A DNA stretch of 32,000 nucleotides from Ignicoccus pacificus DSM 13166 (GTDB lineage: Archaea; Thermoproteota; Thermoprotei_A; Sulfolobales; Ignicoccaceae). The stretch spans positions 750,001 to 782,000 of the forward strand of contig CP006868.1 in the NCBI GenBank assembly GCA_025340205.1, written 5' to 3'. This document shows, in pieces, positions 8,006 to 16,156 of the stretch. Positions within the stretch are counted from its first letter, which is position 1. Every line of letters starts with the position of its first letter. Made by a program: the position numbers and the translations under genes. A model generated the notes under the pieces. The model was given only the letters and a program-made list of their open reading frames with translations, did no database searches and was not told the DNA's origin.

Positions 8006-10375
8006 TTAGCCTAGAACGATGAAAGTGGTAGTCATTATGGATGGCCAGAAGGCTTCATGGCTGTAAGCTATCACCTTCACGGTATAGGTACCGGGACCCC
8101 AGTTGCCGGTGTTGGTAGCGGTGATCACGTAATTGCCGGTACCGGGGGCGCTCTCCTTAGCGAAGCCCTTGAACACCAGCTGTCCATCGCCGTTGTATAT
8201 AGCCACGAAGACTATGGCGTTGTCTAGAGGCTTCTTGCTGTTCTTATCAATTACGTGTACCTTAACCTCTATGGGCTGTCCTGGTACTAGCACAGGGGCA
8301 TTGGTCTCGACACTGGTCACTTGAGCAAACTTGACGTTCTCGTAGCTTAGGTACTTGAACTGAGAGGCACTGAAGGGATAATCTGGGTTCCTGAAGGCCT
8401 TTAGTATAGCTGAGTCGCTGTTGGGATCATAGCTGTCAAGATAGAGAGGTCCGTTGCCTATCACCATGTGGCCATGCTTCTTTATGAAGTTGATAACTGC
8501 AGCGTAGTTGGGAGTAGTGTCTATCTTTATATTGAGCAGCTTAGCTAGTTCGGCTACTTGAGGCGGTACTACGTCGTTCTTCTCATCTTGCTCTAGGTAC
8601 TTCAGTACTATCTTCACGTGGTCGGGGTTGAGGGAGTCGAGCCACTCGCCTCCCTTGACCTGAGCCTCGGTGGGACTGAACGCTAGCTTAGTGTGCATCA
8701 CCGCTTGTTCCATAGCATAGAGGAGCTCCCAAGGCACGCTGGGGGCCATCACTCCGCTGACCATGTCAGCTAACTCGTTGGGGTCGAAGTGATACATGTC
8801 AGTGTACAGTATTATCTTAGTTGGACTTACCACTTGAACTCCCTTGAATTTGCTTATCCAAGTACCCCAAGTGCTGGCGACGTAGGTATCATACTTCATA
8901 TCGTTCTTTCCGCTCTTGGTACCCCACTCAGTGACTAGGTAGATCCAGTATAGCATGTCGGTAACCCTTACCTTCTGGCCGTCATGGAAGACACCTAGGT
9001 TCTTCCTCAGATCTAGCTCTACAGCGAATCTAGCATGAATGCCGGGCTTTACGTGTACCCACTTGTGAAGGGTGGCGTTGTATATAATGGCAGAGGTTGG
9101 CACATTTACGTTAGGTATGACCTTCCAAGACTTAGCTAGTAACGGTATCTTGTCTCCATTGTAGGGGTTGTTCCACATAAATCCGTCAATCATTCCTTGG
9201 TGTATTATAACGCTATACATGTCTTGATAACCACCAACGGGGTTCCAAGCCCACTTGTGTACGTACTTAGCACCTATCTTCAGCTCAGTACTTCCGGGCT
9301 TGTAAGCCAACATCTCAGTCCACCTGTTACCTATTCCAGCAGCTAGATCGTCGACCACACCCTTGACGTTCTTCTGAGCCACGAAACCGCTGATGGGGGC
9401 TACGACGAATATCCTCACGGACTCCCTAATTCCTAGGTCCAATAGCTTGTTGAATATCTCATCCCTCTGCTGCTTACTGCTGTAGTCACCGGTAGCTAGA
9501 GCCTTTCCTAGCTTGTCCAACTCAGCGTTTTGATAGTTACAGAATCCTGGCTGCTGCCATCCGGGCATGTAGCCGAAGAACGGGGAGTACATCTGGTATA
9601 ATAGAGAGTCAGAGTACTTGCTCATTGCAGAACTTCCCCAACCCTCGGTGTACAAAGTCCACTCGTACTTACCGGGATCGGTGCTGTAAACTAGCTGGTA
9701 GGCCTTCATGAAGTCTCCGTAAATCCTCTCGACGGTAAAGCCTAACTTTTCGAGATCGCTAGCTAGCATATCACCTATCTGCTTCCTAACTGGGTCATCG
9801 CTCCTTATCATGAACTTGATTACAATAGGCTTACCATGGTAGTACCACTTGCCATTCTTGAATACCGCTCCAGCCTTAGTTAGGGCCTCAGTTATCATTC
9901 TCTTAGCCTTGATGAAGTCATACTTGAAGTTATACTTAGCAAGGACACCTATTGCTGTTAGGTAGTCGGGATTTACTGGAGACAGTGGACTTACAATAGG
10001 AAATCCATAGCCGTTTAACACGCTGCTAACGATGTAGTCCCTGTTGATAAGGTAGTTCAGTGCAAACCTAACTTCTCTAATGCTGAAGGGGTTGAAGGGC
10101 CCACCGTACTTCTGGGTGGGGCATGGGTTGACCAGTATGTCGTCGATACCCCCGGAGGCTAGATACACCTTGACGTTGGGGTTGTTCTGTAATTTCACTA
10201 GCATGTAAGAGGGCACGCCCCAGAAGTACATGTCGATCCTTCCCGAGATAACATCTTGTACGGCAGTTGCTTCACTGGTATATCTCTTGATCACTTCAGT
10301 ATTGCTAACGGGACCGGGGACCGCAGCCATTACGAGGATCGATAAGGTTAGGAATAGTACCATCGCCTTCTTCAA
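8006..10375 (-). CDS. ABC transporter substrate-binding protein, family 5 (oligopeptide/sugar type), with a C-terminal Ig-like domain
   Basis: 789 aa with a signal peptide (MKKAMVLFLTLSILVMAAVPGP). Family-5 SBP pattern (VRFALNYLINRDYIV, EWTLYTEGWG). The C-terminal ~110 aa look like a beta-sandwich (PIEVKVHVID...GTYTVKVIAY). No permease or ATPase gene is adjacent. Confidence 0.75.
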   Translation of the reverse strand: MKKAMVLFLTLSILVMAAVPGPVSNTEVIKRYTSEATAVQDVISGRIDMYFWGVPSYMLVKLQNNPNVKVYLASGGIDDILVNPCPTQKYGGPFNPFSIREVRFALNYLINRDYIVSSVLNGYGFPIVSPLSPVNPDYLTAIGVLAKYNFKYDFIKAKRMITEALTKAGAVFKNGKWYYHGKPIVIKFMIRSDDPVRKQIGDMLASDLEKLGFTVERIYGDFMKAYQLVYSTDPGKYEWTLYTEGWGSSAMSKYSDSLLYQMYSPFFGYMPGWQQPGFCNYQNAELDKLGKALATGDYSSKQQRDEIFNKLLDLGIRESVRIFVVAPISGFVAQKNVKGVVDDLAAGIGNRWTEMLAYKPGSTELKIGAKYVHKWAWNPVGGYQDMYSVIIHQGMIDGFMWNNPYNGDKIPLLAKSWKVIPNVNVPTSAIIYNATLHKWVHVKPGIHARFAVELDLRKNLGVFHDGQKVRVTDMLYWIYLVTEWGTKSGKNDMKYDTYVASTWGTWISKFKGVQVVSPTKIILYTDMYHFDPNELADMVSGVMAPSVPWELLYAMEQAVMHTKLAFSPTEAQVKGGEWLDSLNPDHVKIVLKYLEQDEKNDVVPPQVAELAKLLNIKIDTTPNYAAVINFIKKHGHMVIGNGPLYLDSYDPNSDSAILKAFRNPDYPFSASQFKYLSYENVKFAQVTSVETNAPVLVPGQPIEVKVHVIDKNSKKPLDNAIVFVAIYNGDGQLVFKGFAKESAPGTGNYVITATNTGNWGPGTYTVKVIAYSHEAFWPSIMTTTFIVLG

Positions 10376-10439
10376 TTGATTACACCTTCATGTATATGCA
10401 CCAAGTCTCTGGTGTAAAAGTTGTGTGGTGTGCTTCAAC

Positions 10440-10901
10440 TTACTTATTTGCATTATCCTTACGTTTTTCAATTACTTTAATGTACTCAATCCAAGTCTCG
10501 GGATATTGACCTTTCTCGTCCTTCTCATATTTCTTTACCATATCCCAAATGTTTAAGAGTGCTAATGACACAGCTGTCAGTGCCTCCATTTCGACACCAG
10601 TCCTCTCTACAGCTTTTACCTTCACAATCACCTTTAACCTGTTTTCATCGATTATTTGGTAATCTATACTAACGTTTGTCAATCTTATCGGGTGACAAAA
10701 GGGAAGTAACGTTGGGGTGAGCTTAGCACTACTGAGAGCTACTGCCTTACTTATTTCAAATACATCGCCTTTCTCCACCATCCCTTTCTTTATTCTCTCC
10801 AACGTCTCTCTTCTGAGTCTGATTATTCCCTCTGCTATTGCCTCTCTATAAACTACATCCTTCTCGGTTATGTCTACCATACCTTTCAAGGATGTTTGCA
10901 C
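10440..10901 (-). CDS. moaC: Cyclic pyranopterin monophosphate synthase accessory protein MoaC
   Basis: MVDITEKDVVYREAIAEG..., KGDVFEISKAVALSSAKLTPTLLPFCHPI and GVEMEALTAVSLALLNIWDM are typical MoaC motifs. Confidence 0.9.
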   Translation of the reverse strand: MQTSLKGMVDITEKDVVYREAIAEGIIRLRRETLERIKKGMVEKGDVFEISKAVALSSAKLTPTLLPFCHPIRLTNVSIDYQIIDENRLKVIVKVKAVERTGVEMEALTAVSLALLNIWDMVKKYEKDEKGQYPETWIEYIKVIEKRKDNANK

Positions 10902-10927
10902 CCTACGAAGTTTCGAGACACTTAGAT

Positions 10928-11977
10928 TTAGACTATGCCGCCCTCGAAGAGTATCAGGATCACCAATGCTAATCCTCCAATGAAGCTGAGGAATGCTCCT
11001 ACTGGTAAAGAGCCATAGGGCGTTACTATAACTGACGCCAAGGTATCAGATATGGTCATAACCATGGAGGCTATTATTATTGAATACAATATCTCTCCAG
11101 AGGGTTTTAGAGGGGACAACCTCTTAGCTATGTTAGCTGATATCAAGCCCAAGAATGGTATTATGCCACAACACCCGACGGCCGCGCCCGCCGAGGCTGA
11201 GGATAGTATTATAGAGATTCCCAACACTCTCTTGTAATTTATCCTAAAGCTTTCGGTGAAATCTTCACCATATTCTAGAGCTGATATCTTCCAAGATAAA
11301 ATCCATATCAATAATGTACTTATCGTTCCTATAATTAAGACATAAATTAGAACGTTCCACGTAACATATTCGGTCGTCCCAAGTAACATTGGGAGAAAAG
11401 GTCTGTTAGAGGCAGCTGAAGCCAAGTAAGCCAATATCGATGCTATACCTTGTAAGGATAGAGATATCCCTATGCCTATTATTAGCGTCCCCCTTAACCC
11501 ATACTTCAATGAAACTACTGCGACGAGTGTCCCTACGATTAATGATCCCAAAAATCCCAAGATGAAGCTCATCTTGAGTGTCAAGGCAAGCAATCCTAAC
11601 AAGAGAACACCGAGGGACAGAGCAACGAAAGCACCGGGAAGCACCCCTATTACATAAGGATCAATTAAGTCATTCATAAATGCCTTTTGTAAGACTAACG
11701 TTGAAGGACCTAGTAACAACCCCAAAGCTAAGTCTGCTACAGTTCTCTGTACTCGTAGTTTCAATAAGTAACTAGGCTCCATTGGAAAAGGACGAAAGCC
11801 TATTGATCCTAAACTAAGAGAAAGATAGAGCGATATCAACCAGAGGAGCAGTAAACCCCGAGTTCCAAGTTTTCGTGTTTGTGAAGAACGTCTAGAAGTA
11901 TCCAGGGAGCTTTGCTCAACCTCGGTCCTGGTCTTTGTGTCACGTCGGATGCCGTACCGTATATTACGCATATCCAC
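10928..11977 (-). CDS. FecCD/BtuC-family ABC permease (iron-siderophore/cobalamin/heme type)
   Basis: Polytopic membrane protein with the FecCD-like pattern (LSLSLGSIGF near the N-terminus, C-terminal LPVGAFLSFIGGLALVILIL). The annotated ATG gives a 142-nt overlap with the upstream binding-protein gene. The first TM helix lies just past the overlap, so the true start is uncertain. Confidence 0.8.
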   Translation of the reverse strand: MDMRNIRYGIRRDTKTRTEVEQSSLDTSRRSSQTRKLGTRGLLLLWLISLYLSLSLGSIGFRPFPMEPSYLLKLRVQRTVADLALGLLLGPSTLVLQKAFMNDLIDPYVIGVLPGAFVALSLGVLLLGLLALTLKMSFILGFLGSLIVGTLVAVVSLKYGLRGTLIIGIGISLSLQGIASILAYLASAASNRPFLPMLLGTTEYVTWNVLIYVLIIGTISTLLIWILSWKISALEYGEDFTESFRINYKRVLGISIILSSASAGAAVGCCGIIPFLGLISANIAKRLSPLKPSGEILYSIIIASMVMTISDTLASVIVTPYGSLPVGAFLSFIGGLALVILILFEGGIV

Positions 11978-12780
11978 CTAGCCCTCAAACCTAAGCTCAG
12001 CGCATCCTTAACTGCGACTTTTGGGTTCACCTTCTCACCGGCAAATAGCACATAAACGTCTGGTTTTTTGGCAACCAAATATTCCTTGGTGATTCTGGGC
12101 CATCCCTTCATTTCTATCATGTTGGCAGCATTTAGTCTAGTAACGATATCATTGATGAATGTATTATTACCTACTGCATATATTCCCCACGTAAACGGAT
12201 AGAATAGCATTATCACCTTTACTTTAGTATAATTCATGGCTTCCGTTGAAGCCTTTGTTAAATTACCTTCTATGTAATTAACTATCTTCTTCGATGCTTC
12301 TTGATTACCTAAAACCTTCCCTACAAGCAGTATGTCGCGTTCTACACAAGATACTGTCCCACAGAGACCACCCTTTGTGAAAACTATCGGTATACCAAGG
12401 TTGTTGAGCACATTAATCATCCTCAAATCTGAACCTTCATCTGCCAAGATGACATCTGGCTTTAAGGAAGCTATTTTCTCTAAATCCGGCATCCAGAACG
12501 TTCCTACTAATGCTATTTTTCCTTCCTTAACCATTTTAACCAGCTTTGGAGGCCAGTTAACGGGACTTACTGTTCCCACCAGCTTAGTACAGTTTATGCT
12601 ACACACCGTTTCCGCTAATGCTGGAGTGAGGGCTACAACCCTCCTCGGCGGGAAATGATAAATTATTACTGTCCTATTTAATGAATCGACTACTGTGATA
12701 CTGTTAGTAGCCTTCACCACATTAATTGCTAAGACTGTAGAGACCAAACATATTAGAAATATCAAGCTGATTTTCTTCAC
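11836..12780 (-). CDS. Periplasmic-binding-protein type 2 (BtuF/FhuD-like) solute-binding protein
   Basis: GTG start with a signal peptide (KKISLIFLICLVSTVLA). Motifs RRVVALTPALAETVCSI, KPDVILADEG and the C-terminal RPGPRL are typical of Peripla_BP_2 proteins. A GGGGGA Shine-Dalgarno-like element lies upstream. Confidence 0.8.
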   Translation of the reverse strand: MKKISLIFLICLVSTVLAINVVKATNSITVVDSLNRTVIIYHFPPRRVVALTPALAETVCSINCTKLVGTVSPVNWPPKLVKMVKEGKIALVGTFWMPDLEKIASLKPDVILADEGSDLRMINVLNNLGIPIVFTKGGLCGTVSCVERDILLVGKVLGNQEASKKIVNYIEGNLTKASTEAMNYTKVKVIMLFYPFTWGIYAVGNNTFINDIVTRLNAANMIEMKGWPRITKEYLVAKKPDVYVLFAGEKVNPKVAVKDALSLGLRARWICVIYGTASDVTQRPGPRLSKAPWILLDVLHKHENLELGVYCSSG

Positions 12781-12859
12781 ATCTATCCCCCTTTTGCCTT
12801 CAGAGGGGCACTGAAATATTGTTTCTGTGAGATTGTAGAAGAGGATTAGGAGAGGTAGA

Positions 12860-12987
12860 GGCCCGGTCCCAGCACGGGGCGGCTGCGGCGCCTCTCGGAC
12901 GCCACGGCCAGACCCCGCGCGACCGGCTTAACTACCGGGTTCGAGATGGGTCCGGGTGTTGCCCGGTCGCTATGGCCGGGCCGGGCC
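12860..12987 (-). rRNA. 5S ribosomal RNA (stand-alone)
   Basis: The reverse complement reads GCCCGGCCCGGCCAUAGCGACCGGGCAACACCCGGACCCAUCUCGAACCCGGUAGUUAAGCCGGUCGCGCGGGGUCUGGCCGUGGCGUCCGAGAGGCGCCGCAGCCGCCCCGUGCUGGGACCGGGC. From memory, this is collinear with crenarchaeal 5S (AACACCCGGAC...UCGAACCCGG.AGUUAAGCC...GCUGGGA). The terminal helix closes. Ends are good to within 2 nt. Confidence 0.93.
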
Positions 12988-13008
12988 ATGTGAGGGCTAG
13001 GGGGTTGG

Positions 13009-13017
13009 GTTTATATC
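13009..13017 (-). promoter_or_regulatory. TATA box of the 5S rRNA promoter, overlapping the stop codon of the upstream isomerase gene
   Basis: The minus strand reads AGGATATAAAC, centred about 26 nt upstream of the 5S 5' end. The TAA within it is the fni stop codon. Confidence 0.55.
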
Positions 13018-14111
13018 CTTTCTGTCCTCCTCCAAGAGCCCAACCATAGGTCATATACCTTCCTTTCGATTAGCCATTCTTTCAGAGGTCCATAGATTAC
13101 TGCCTTACCCTTAAGATCCTTGGGTGTGGGACTGGAAGTTAAGAACTGAGCGGCTCTTATTGAGATCATCATTGCCTTTAGATACTTTTTGAGTTCTTCC
13201 TTACCTCTATAGGCTGCCTTGAGAGCTGGTAGGGCCAAACCCGCTATGTCTGCACCCATGGCTAGGGCCTTTATAGCGTCCATACCGGTCCTTACACCGC
13301 CAGATCCTATTATCGTCGCCTCCGGCGCTGCCGCTCTCGTCTCAGCTATCGCCGCTGCCGTGGGTATACCCCAATCGCTCATCCACTCCGCTGCCTTAGC
13401 TAGCTCCTCCAAACCCTTCTCGAGTGCTCGATACATCTCCACCTTTACCCAGCTGGTGCCTCCCGAACCGGAGACATCGAAGGCTTTTATTCCAATATCT
13501 CTAAACATTAAGGCTGTATCATAGTCTATGCCAGCTCCCGTTTCCTTAATGATTATTGGTTTGTCTACACTATCTATCAATTCTGCTAGCTTCGAAATGA
13601 GGCCTTCAAAGTCTAAGTCTCCTTCAGGCTGGAATGCCTCTTGAGCGGCGTTCAAGTGTATGGCTATTGCATCAGCATCTATCATCTCGATTGCGTCCCT
13701 TATCTCCTTTATACCATAGCCCTTGAGGAGCTGAGGGGCTCCTAAGTTTGCTATGAGGAGGGCGTTTGGGGCTTTTTCTCTAGCAATCTTAAATGTCCAA
13801 GCAAGCTCCGGGTGCTCTATGGCGGCCCTTTGGCTCCCTACTCCCATACCTAGACCTAGTTCCTCAACGACCTCAGCTATAGTAGCATTGATCTTCGCCG
13901 CGTTCTCATTACCTCCAGTCATCCCGGTAACTATTATAGGAGCTTTGAGCTTCTTCCCGAAAACCTCTATCTCCGTGTTTACGTCTTTCATGTTTATCTC
14001 AGGTGCCGCTCTATGCACTACCTTGACGTATTCAAACCATGTACTACCCGCTTCGACGTCTTGAAGCAATGTTATTCTGAGATGATCCATCTTTCTTGAA
14101 GGGGTTTTCAT
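13011..14111 (-). CDS. fni: Isopentenyl-diphosphate delta-isomerase, type 2 (FMN-dependent)
   Basis: N-terminal RKMDHLRI, then TGMTGG, MGVGSQRAA, KETGAGI and SGGVRTGMDAIKALAMGA: the IDI-2 TIM-barrel pattern. Confidence 0.9.
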   Translation of the reverse strand: MKTPSRKMDHLRITLLQDVEAGSTWFEYVKVVHRAAPEINMKDVNTEIEVFGKKLKAPIIVTGMTGGNENAAKINATIAEVVEELGLGMGVGSQRAAIEHPELAWTFKIAREKAPNALLIANLGAPQLLKGYGIKEIRDAIEMIDADAIAIHLNAAQEAFQPEGDLDFEGLISKLAELIDSVDKPIIIKETGAGIDYDTALMFRDIGIKAFDVSGSGGTSWVKVEMYRALEKGLEELAKAAEWMSDWGIPTAAAIAETRAAAPEATIIGSGGVRTGMDAIKALAMGADIAGLALPALKAAYRGKEELKKYLKAMMISIRAAQFLTSSPTPKDLKGKAVIYGPLKEWLIERKVYDLWLGSWRRTERI

Positions 14112-14193
14112 CGTCTTCTGCCGTTATGTGTCCTTGCTCGCGCTCAATATAGCTTCCCTTACGACAAGGGGTATCGGTATAGGGCGATAGAGC

Positions 14194-14745
14194 TTGAAGA
14201 GGGTTACGCGCGAAACGTCGATAGAGGTAGAGAAGTGCGATACCACACAAGTAGTCACGCCTATACCGTTCTTTACACACATGCTTGAAACGTTACTAAA
14301 GCACTCCTCATTATCTCTCTGCATTAATGCAGAAGATCTTCTAGGCTATGATGATCATCACGTAGTTGAAGATGTAGCTATTGTACTTGGTCGATATTTG
14401 AATACCCTGTTCAAAAAAGATCTTAAGAGAAGGTTCGCGTGGAGTGTAGTTCCCATGGATGAAAGCCTAGCTCTATGTTCTCTCGATGTCTCTGGCAGAG
14501 GATCCTTCCACTATGACTTCAGCTTCGAGAGGGAAGAGATAGGCGGTTTAGCCACTGAGAACGTCGCACACTTCTTCGAGACAATTGCCAGAGAAGCGAG
14601 GATAACCCTCCACCTTAGGATACTAAGTGGTACCAATGATCATCATAAAATAGAAGCCTTATTCAAATCGTTCGCTATTTGTCTAGGCCAAAGCCTAGGC
14701 ACTTGGAGAGGTGGAGGTAGCACTAAGGGCGTTCTTGACCTCTGA
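14194..14745 (+). CDS. hisB: Imidazoleglycerol-phosphate dehydratase
   Basis: TTG start immediately after an in-frame TAG. Motifs are RETSIEVE, IPFFTHMLETLLKHS, DDHHVVEDVAIVLG, HFFETIA, NDHHKIEALFKSFA and the conserved C-terminal STKGVL. Confidence 0.8.
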   Translation: MKRVTRETSIEVEKCDTTQVVTPIPFFTHMLETLLKHSSLSLCINAEDLLGYDDHHVVEDVAIVLGRYLNTLFKKDLKRRFAWSVVPMDESLALCSLDVSGRGSFHYDFSFEREEIGGLATENVAHFFETIAREARITLHLRILSGTNDHHKIEALFKSFAICLGQSLGTWRGGGSTKGVLDL

Positions 14746-14955
14746 TTTCTCTACTATTATAGAGTTAGTGGGACAGTTCTCGACACATGCCATACAACCT
14801 ATACAAGCCTCTTCCCTCTCGACAACACTAACCAATCTCTCATACTCTCCTTCCCTCTTCATCACTATTCTGAAGACGTCGGTGGGACATATCTGGGCAC
14901 AGACCGAACATCCAATGCAAGTTTCCTCAATCACTTTGACTTTATAAGAGGTCAC
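14695..14955 (-). CDS. 2x[4Fe-4S] ferredoxin
   Basis: Two canonical motifs, CIGCSVCAQICP and CIGCMACVENCP. GTG start preceded by an AGGGGT Shine-Dalgarno-like element. The last ~17 codons overlap the hisB 3' end convergently. Confidence 0.8.
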   Translation of the reverse strand: MTSYKVKVIEETCIGCSVCAQICPTDVFRIVMKREGEYERLVSVVEREEACIGCMACVENCPTNSIIVEKSEVKNALSATSTSPSA

Positions 14956-14987
14956 AGCCTTACCCCTTTCAGAGCCCGACCCACTGG

Positions 14988-15000
14988 CTAATAATCACTA
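14988..15000. promoter_or_regulatory. Probable shared AT-rich core of a bidirectional promoter (ferredoxin / radical SAM)
   Basis: CTAATAATCACTA is the only AT-rich element in an otherwise GC-rich 113-bp divergent spacer. Both flanking genes carry Shine-Dalgarno-like elements (GGTGAGGAG before 15069; AGGGGT before 14955), implying leadered transcripts. Confidence 0.3.
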
Positions 15001-15068
15001 TCAAGGCCGATGAGGAGTGGTAGCCTACCGATTCGTGAGGACATGCGGGGCTGGTCTGAGGTGAGGAG

Positions 15069-16073
15069 ATGAAGAATAGGCTCAAGAGCATAATATGGAT
15101 ACTCACGGGAGCGTGTAACCTAAACTGCCTCCACTGTTACGCGAAGCGTTTCTTATCCTGGCAACCAGAGGTTTCCGAAGACGAAGTTAGGAGGGTCCTC
15201 TCGGAAGCATTAGAGCTAGGTTTAGAGTGGGTTAACTTCAGCGGCGGTGAACTTCTCCTATATAAGCCATGGTCTTTGAGAGTTTTAGCATGGCTTTCTG
15301 AGGAGGGTGTTGATAGTAGTCTAGTGACTAACGCTATGTTTATAGATAATGAGAAAGCATCATATATATCAAAGAACAACATACACGTATACGTAAGCAT
15401 TGATGGTACTAAGGAAACCCATGAGAAGCATCGAGGACCCGGTACTTTCGACGCAGTCATCAGAGGTATAGAGAAGCTTAAGGCACATAACGCCTCTTTT
15501 ACTACCATTATGGCCGTCTCTCGTTTAAATTACCACGTGGTAAAGGACTTCGTTAGACTATCCAAGGAGCTAGGAGCTTCCAGCGTAGCTATAATACCAG
15601 TAATGCCATTTGGAAACGCTCTCGTGAATGAAGTTTGGGTAAGGTCTCGTGAGTACATGAAAGCGTTATTAGATTTCGTTGAAGCGCTGGATGAATATGA
15701 GATCTCTGGTAACACTTGGTGTACACCTTGGAGCAAGTACTTCTTTAAATCCAAGCGGCTTCACGCTGGCAACTGTAGATTCACGGAGGGAATAGACATA
15801 GGTCCAGATGGCTCTGTACTATTATGTGATGTTCTTGATATAAAACTGGGAAATATAAGGGAAAAGAATCTAAAGGAAGTTATAACCGAGGTGAACAACA
15901 ACGAGCTAGTAAAGAAATTGAGGGAAGTACCTACGACGAGACCTTGTAGATCATGCGTTTTTAGAGAACTTTGCCTTGGGGGATGCTATGCTAGAGCTCT
16001 CCAAAGGTGGGGAACATTAGAAGGTGATCCTCTATGCCCCTTAGTCTCACTGAGTAGATTTAGAGAGAGTTAA
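15069..16073 (+). CDS. Radical SAM enzyme with a full SPASM domain (AhbD/PqqE/anSME-like maturase)
   Basis: CNLNCLHCY is the CxxxCxxC radical SAM cluster motif. The C-terminus has AGNC...GSVLLCD and CRSCVFRELCLGGC (C-x2-C-x5-C-x3-C) plus a distal PLCP, the seven-Cys SPASM signature. Confidence 0.85.
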   Translation: MKNRLKSIIWILTGACNLNCLHCYAKRFLSWQPEVSEDEVRRVLSEALELGLEWVNFSGGELLLYKPWSLRVLAWLSEEGVDSSLVTNAMFIDNEKASYISKNNIHVYVSIDGTKETHEKHRGPGTFDAVIRGIEKLKAHNASFTTIMAVSRLNYHVVKDFVRLSKELGASSVAIIPVMPFGNALVNEVWVRSREYMKALLDFVEALDEYEISGNTWCTPWSKYFFKSKRLHAGNCRFTEGIDIGPDGSVLLCDVLDIKLGNIREKNLKEVITEVNNNELVKKLREVPTTRPCRSCVFRELCLGGCYARALQRWGTLEGDPLCPLVSLSRFRES

Positions 16074-16099
16074 AGATAAGTTTAATATTCGTTTTCAGT

Positions 16100-16134
16100 C
16101 CAATTTATAATAGCTTTTAAAGCCCCAATTTATA
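16100..16134 (+). promoter_or_regulatory. TBP gene promoter: two copies of CCAATTTATA spaced 25 bp apart
   Basis: Exact 10-nt direct repeat at 16100-16109 and 16125-16134. The proximal TTTATA is centred about 26 nt upstream of the ATG at 16157, consistent with a leaderless mRNA. Confidence 0.55.
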
Positions 16135-16156
16135 GGCTTAGCGCGGGTAAGCATAT

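Noticed and set aside
11052-12658. Plus-strand ORFs of 61, 61 and 108 aa
   Set aside because: They are antisense to the FecCD permease and binding-protein genes, and have no motifs.
12786-12812. Short hairpin CCCCT...AGGGG downstream of the 5S gene, considered as a terminator
   Set aside because: The stem is only 4-5 bp with no oligo-T run. The same G-run more plausibly serves as the Shine-Dalgarno element for the binding-protein GTG start at 12780.
13219-14064. Two plus-strand ORFs (101 and 103 aa)
   Set aside because: Both are antisense within the well-supported type-2 IPP isomerase gene. Their Ala/Ser/Pro-rich composition is that of shadow frames of a GC-richer gene.
15010-15059. Possible C/D box sRNA (AUGAGGA ... 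CCGA ... GUGAGGA ... CUGA)
   Set aside because: Both C-like boxes deviate from RUGAUGA at the same position, and the D' box is non-canonical. The second guide spacer is 14 nt rather than about 12. There is no terminal stem, and the 3' part coincides with the Shine-Dalgarno element and start of the radical SAM gene.
15010-15072. 20-codon uORF (MRSGSLPIREDMRGWSEVRR) whose TGA overlaps the radical SAM/SPASM ATG (ATGA), considered as a RiPP precursor
   Set aside because: It has no Cys or other obvious cross-link motif. The only TATA-like element (14988-15000) would place the transcription start downstream of its ATG. A strong Shine-Dalgarno element for the radical SAM gene lies inside it, so it is most likely just a 5' UTR. 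Only conservation in relatives would revive it.
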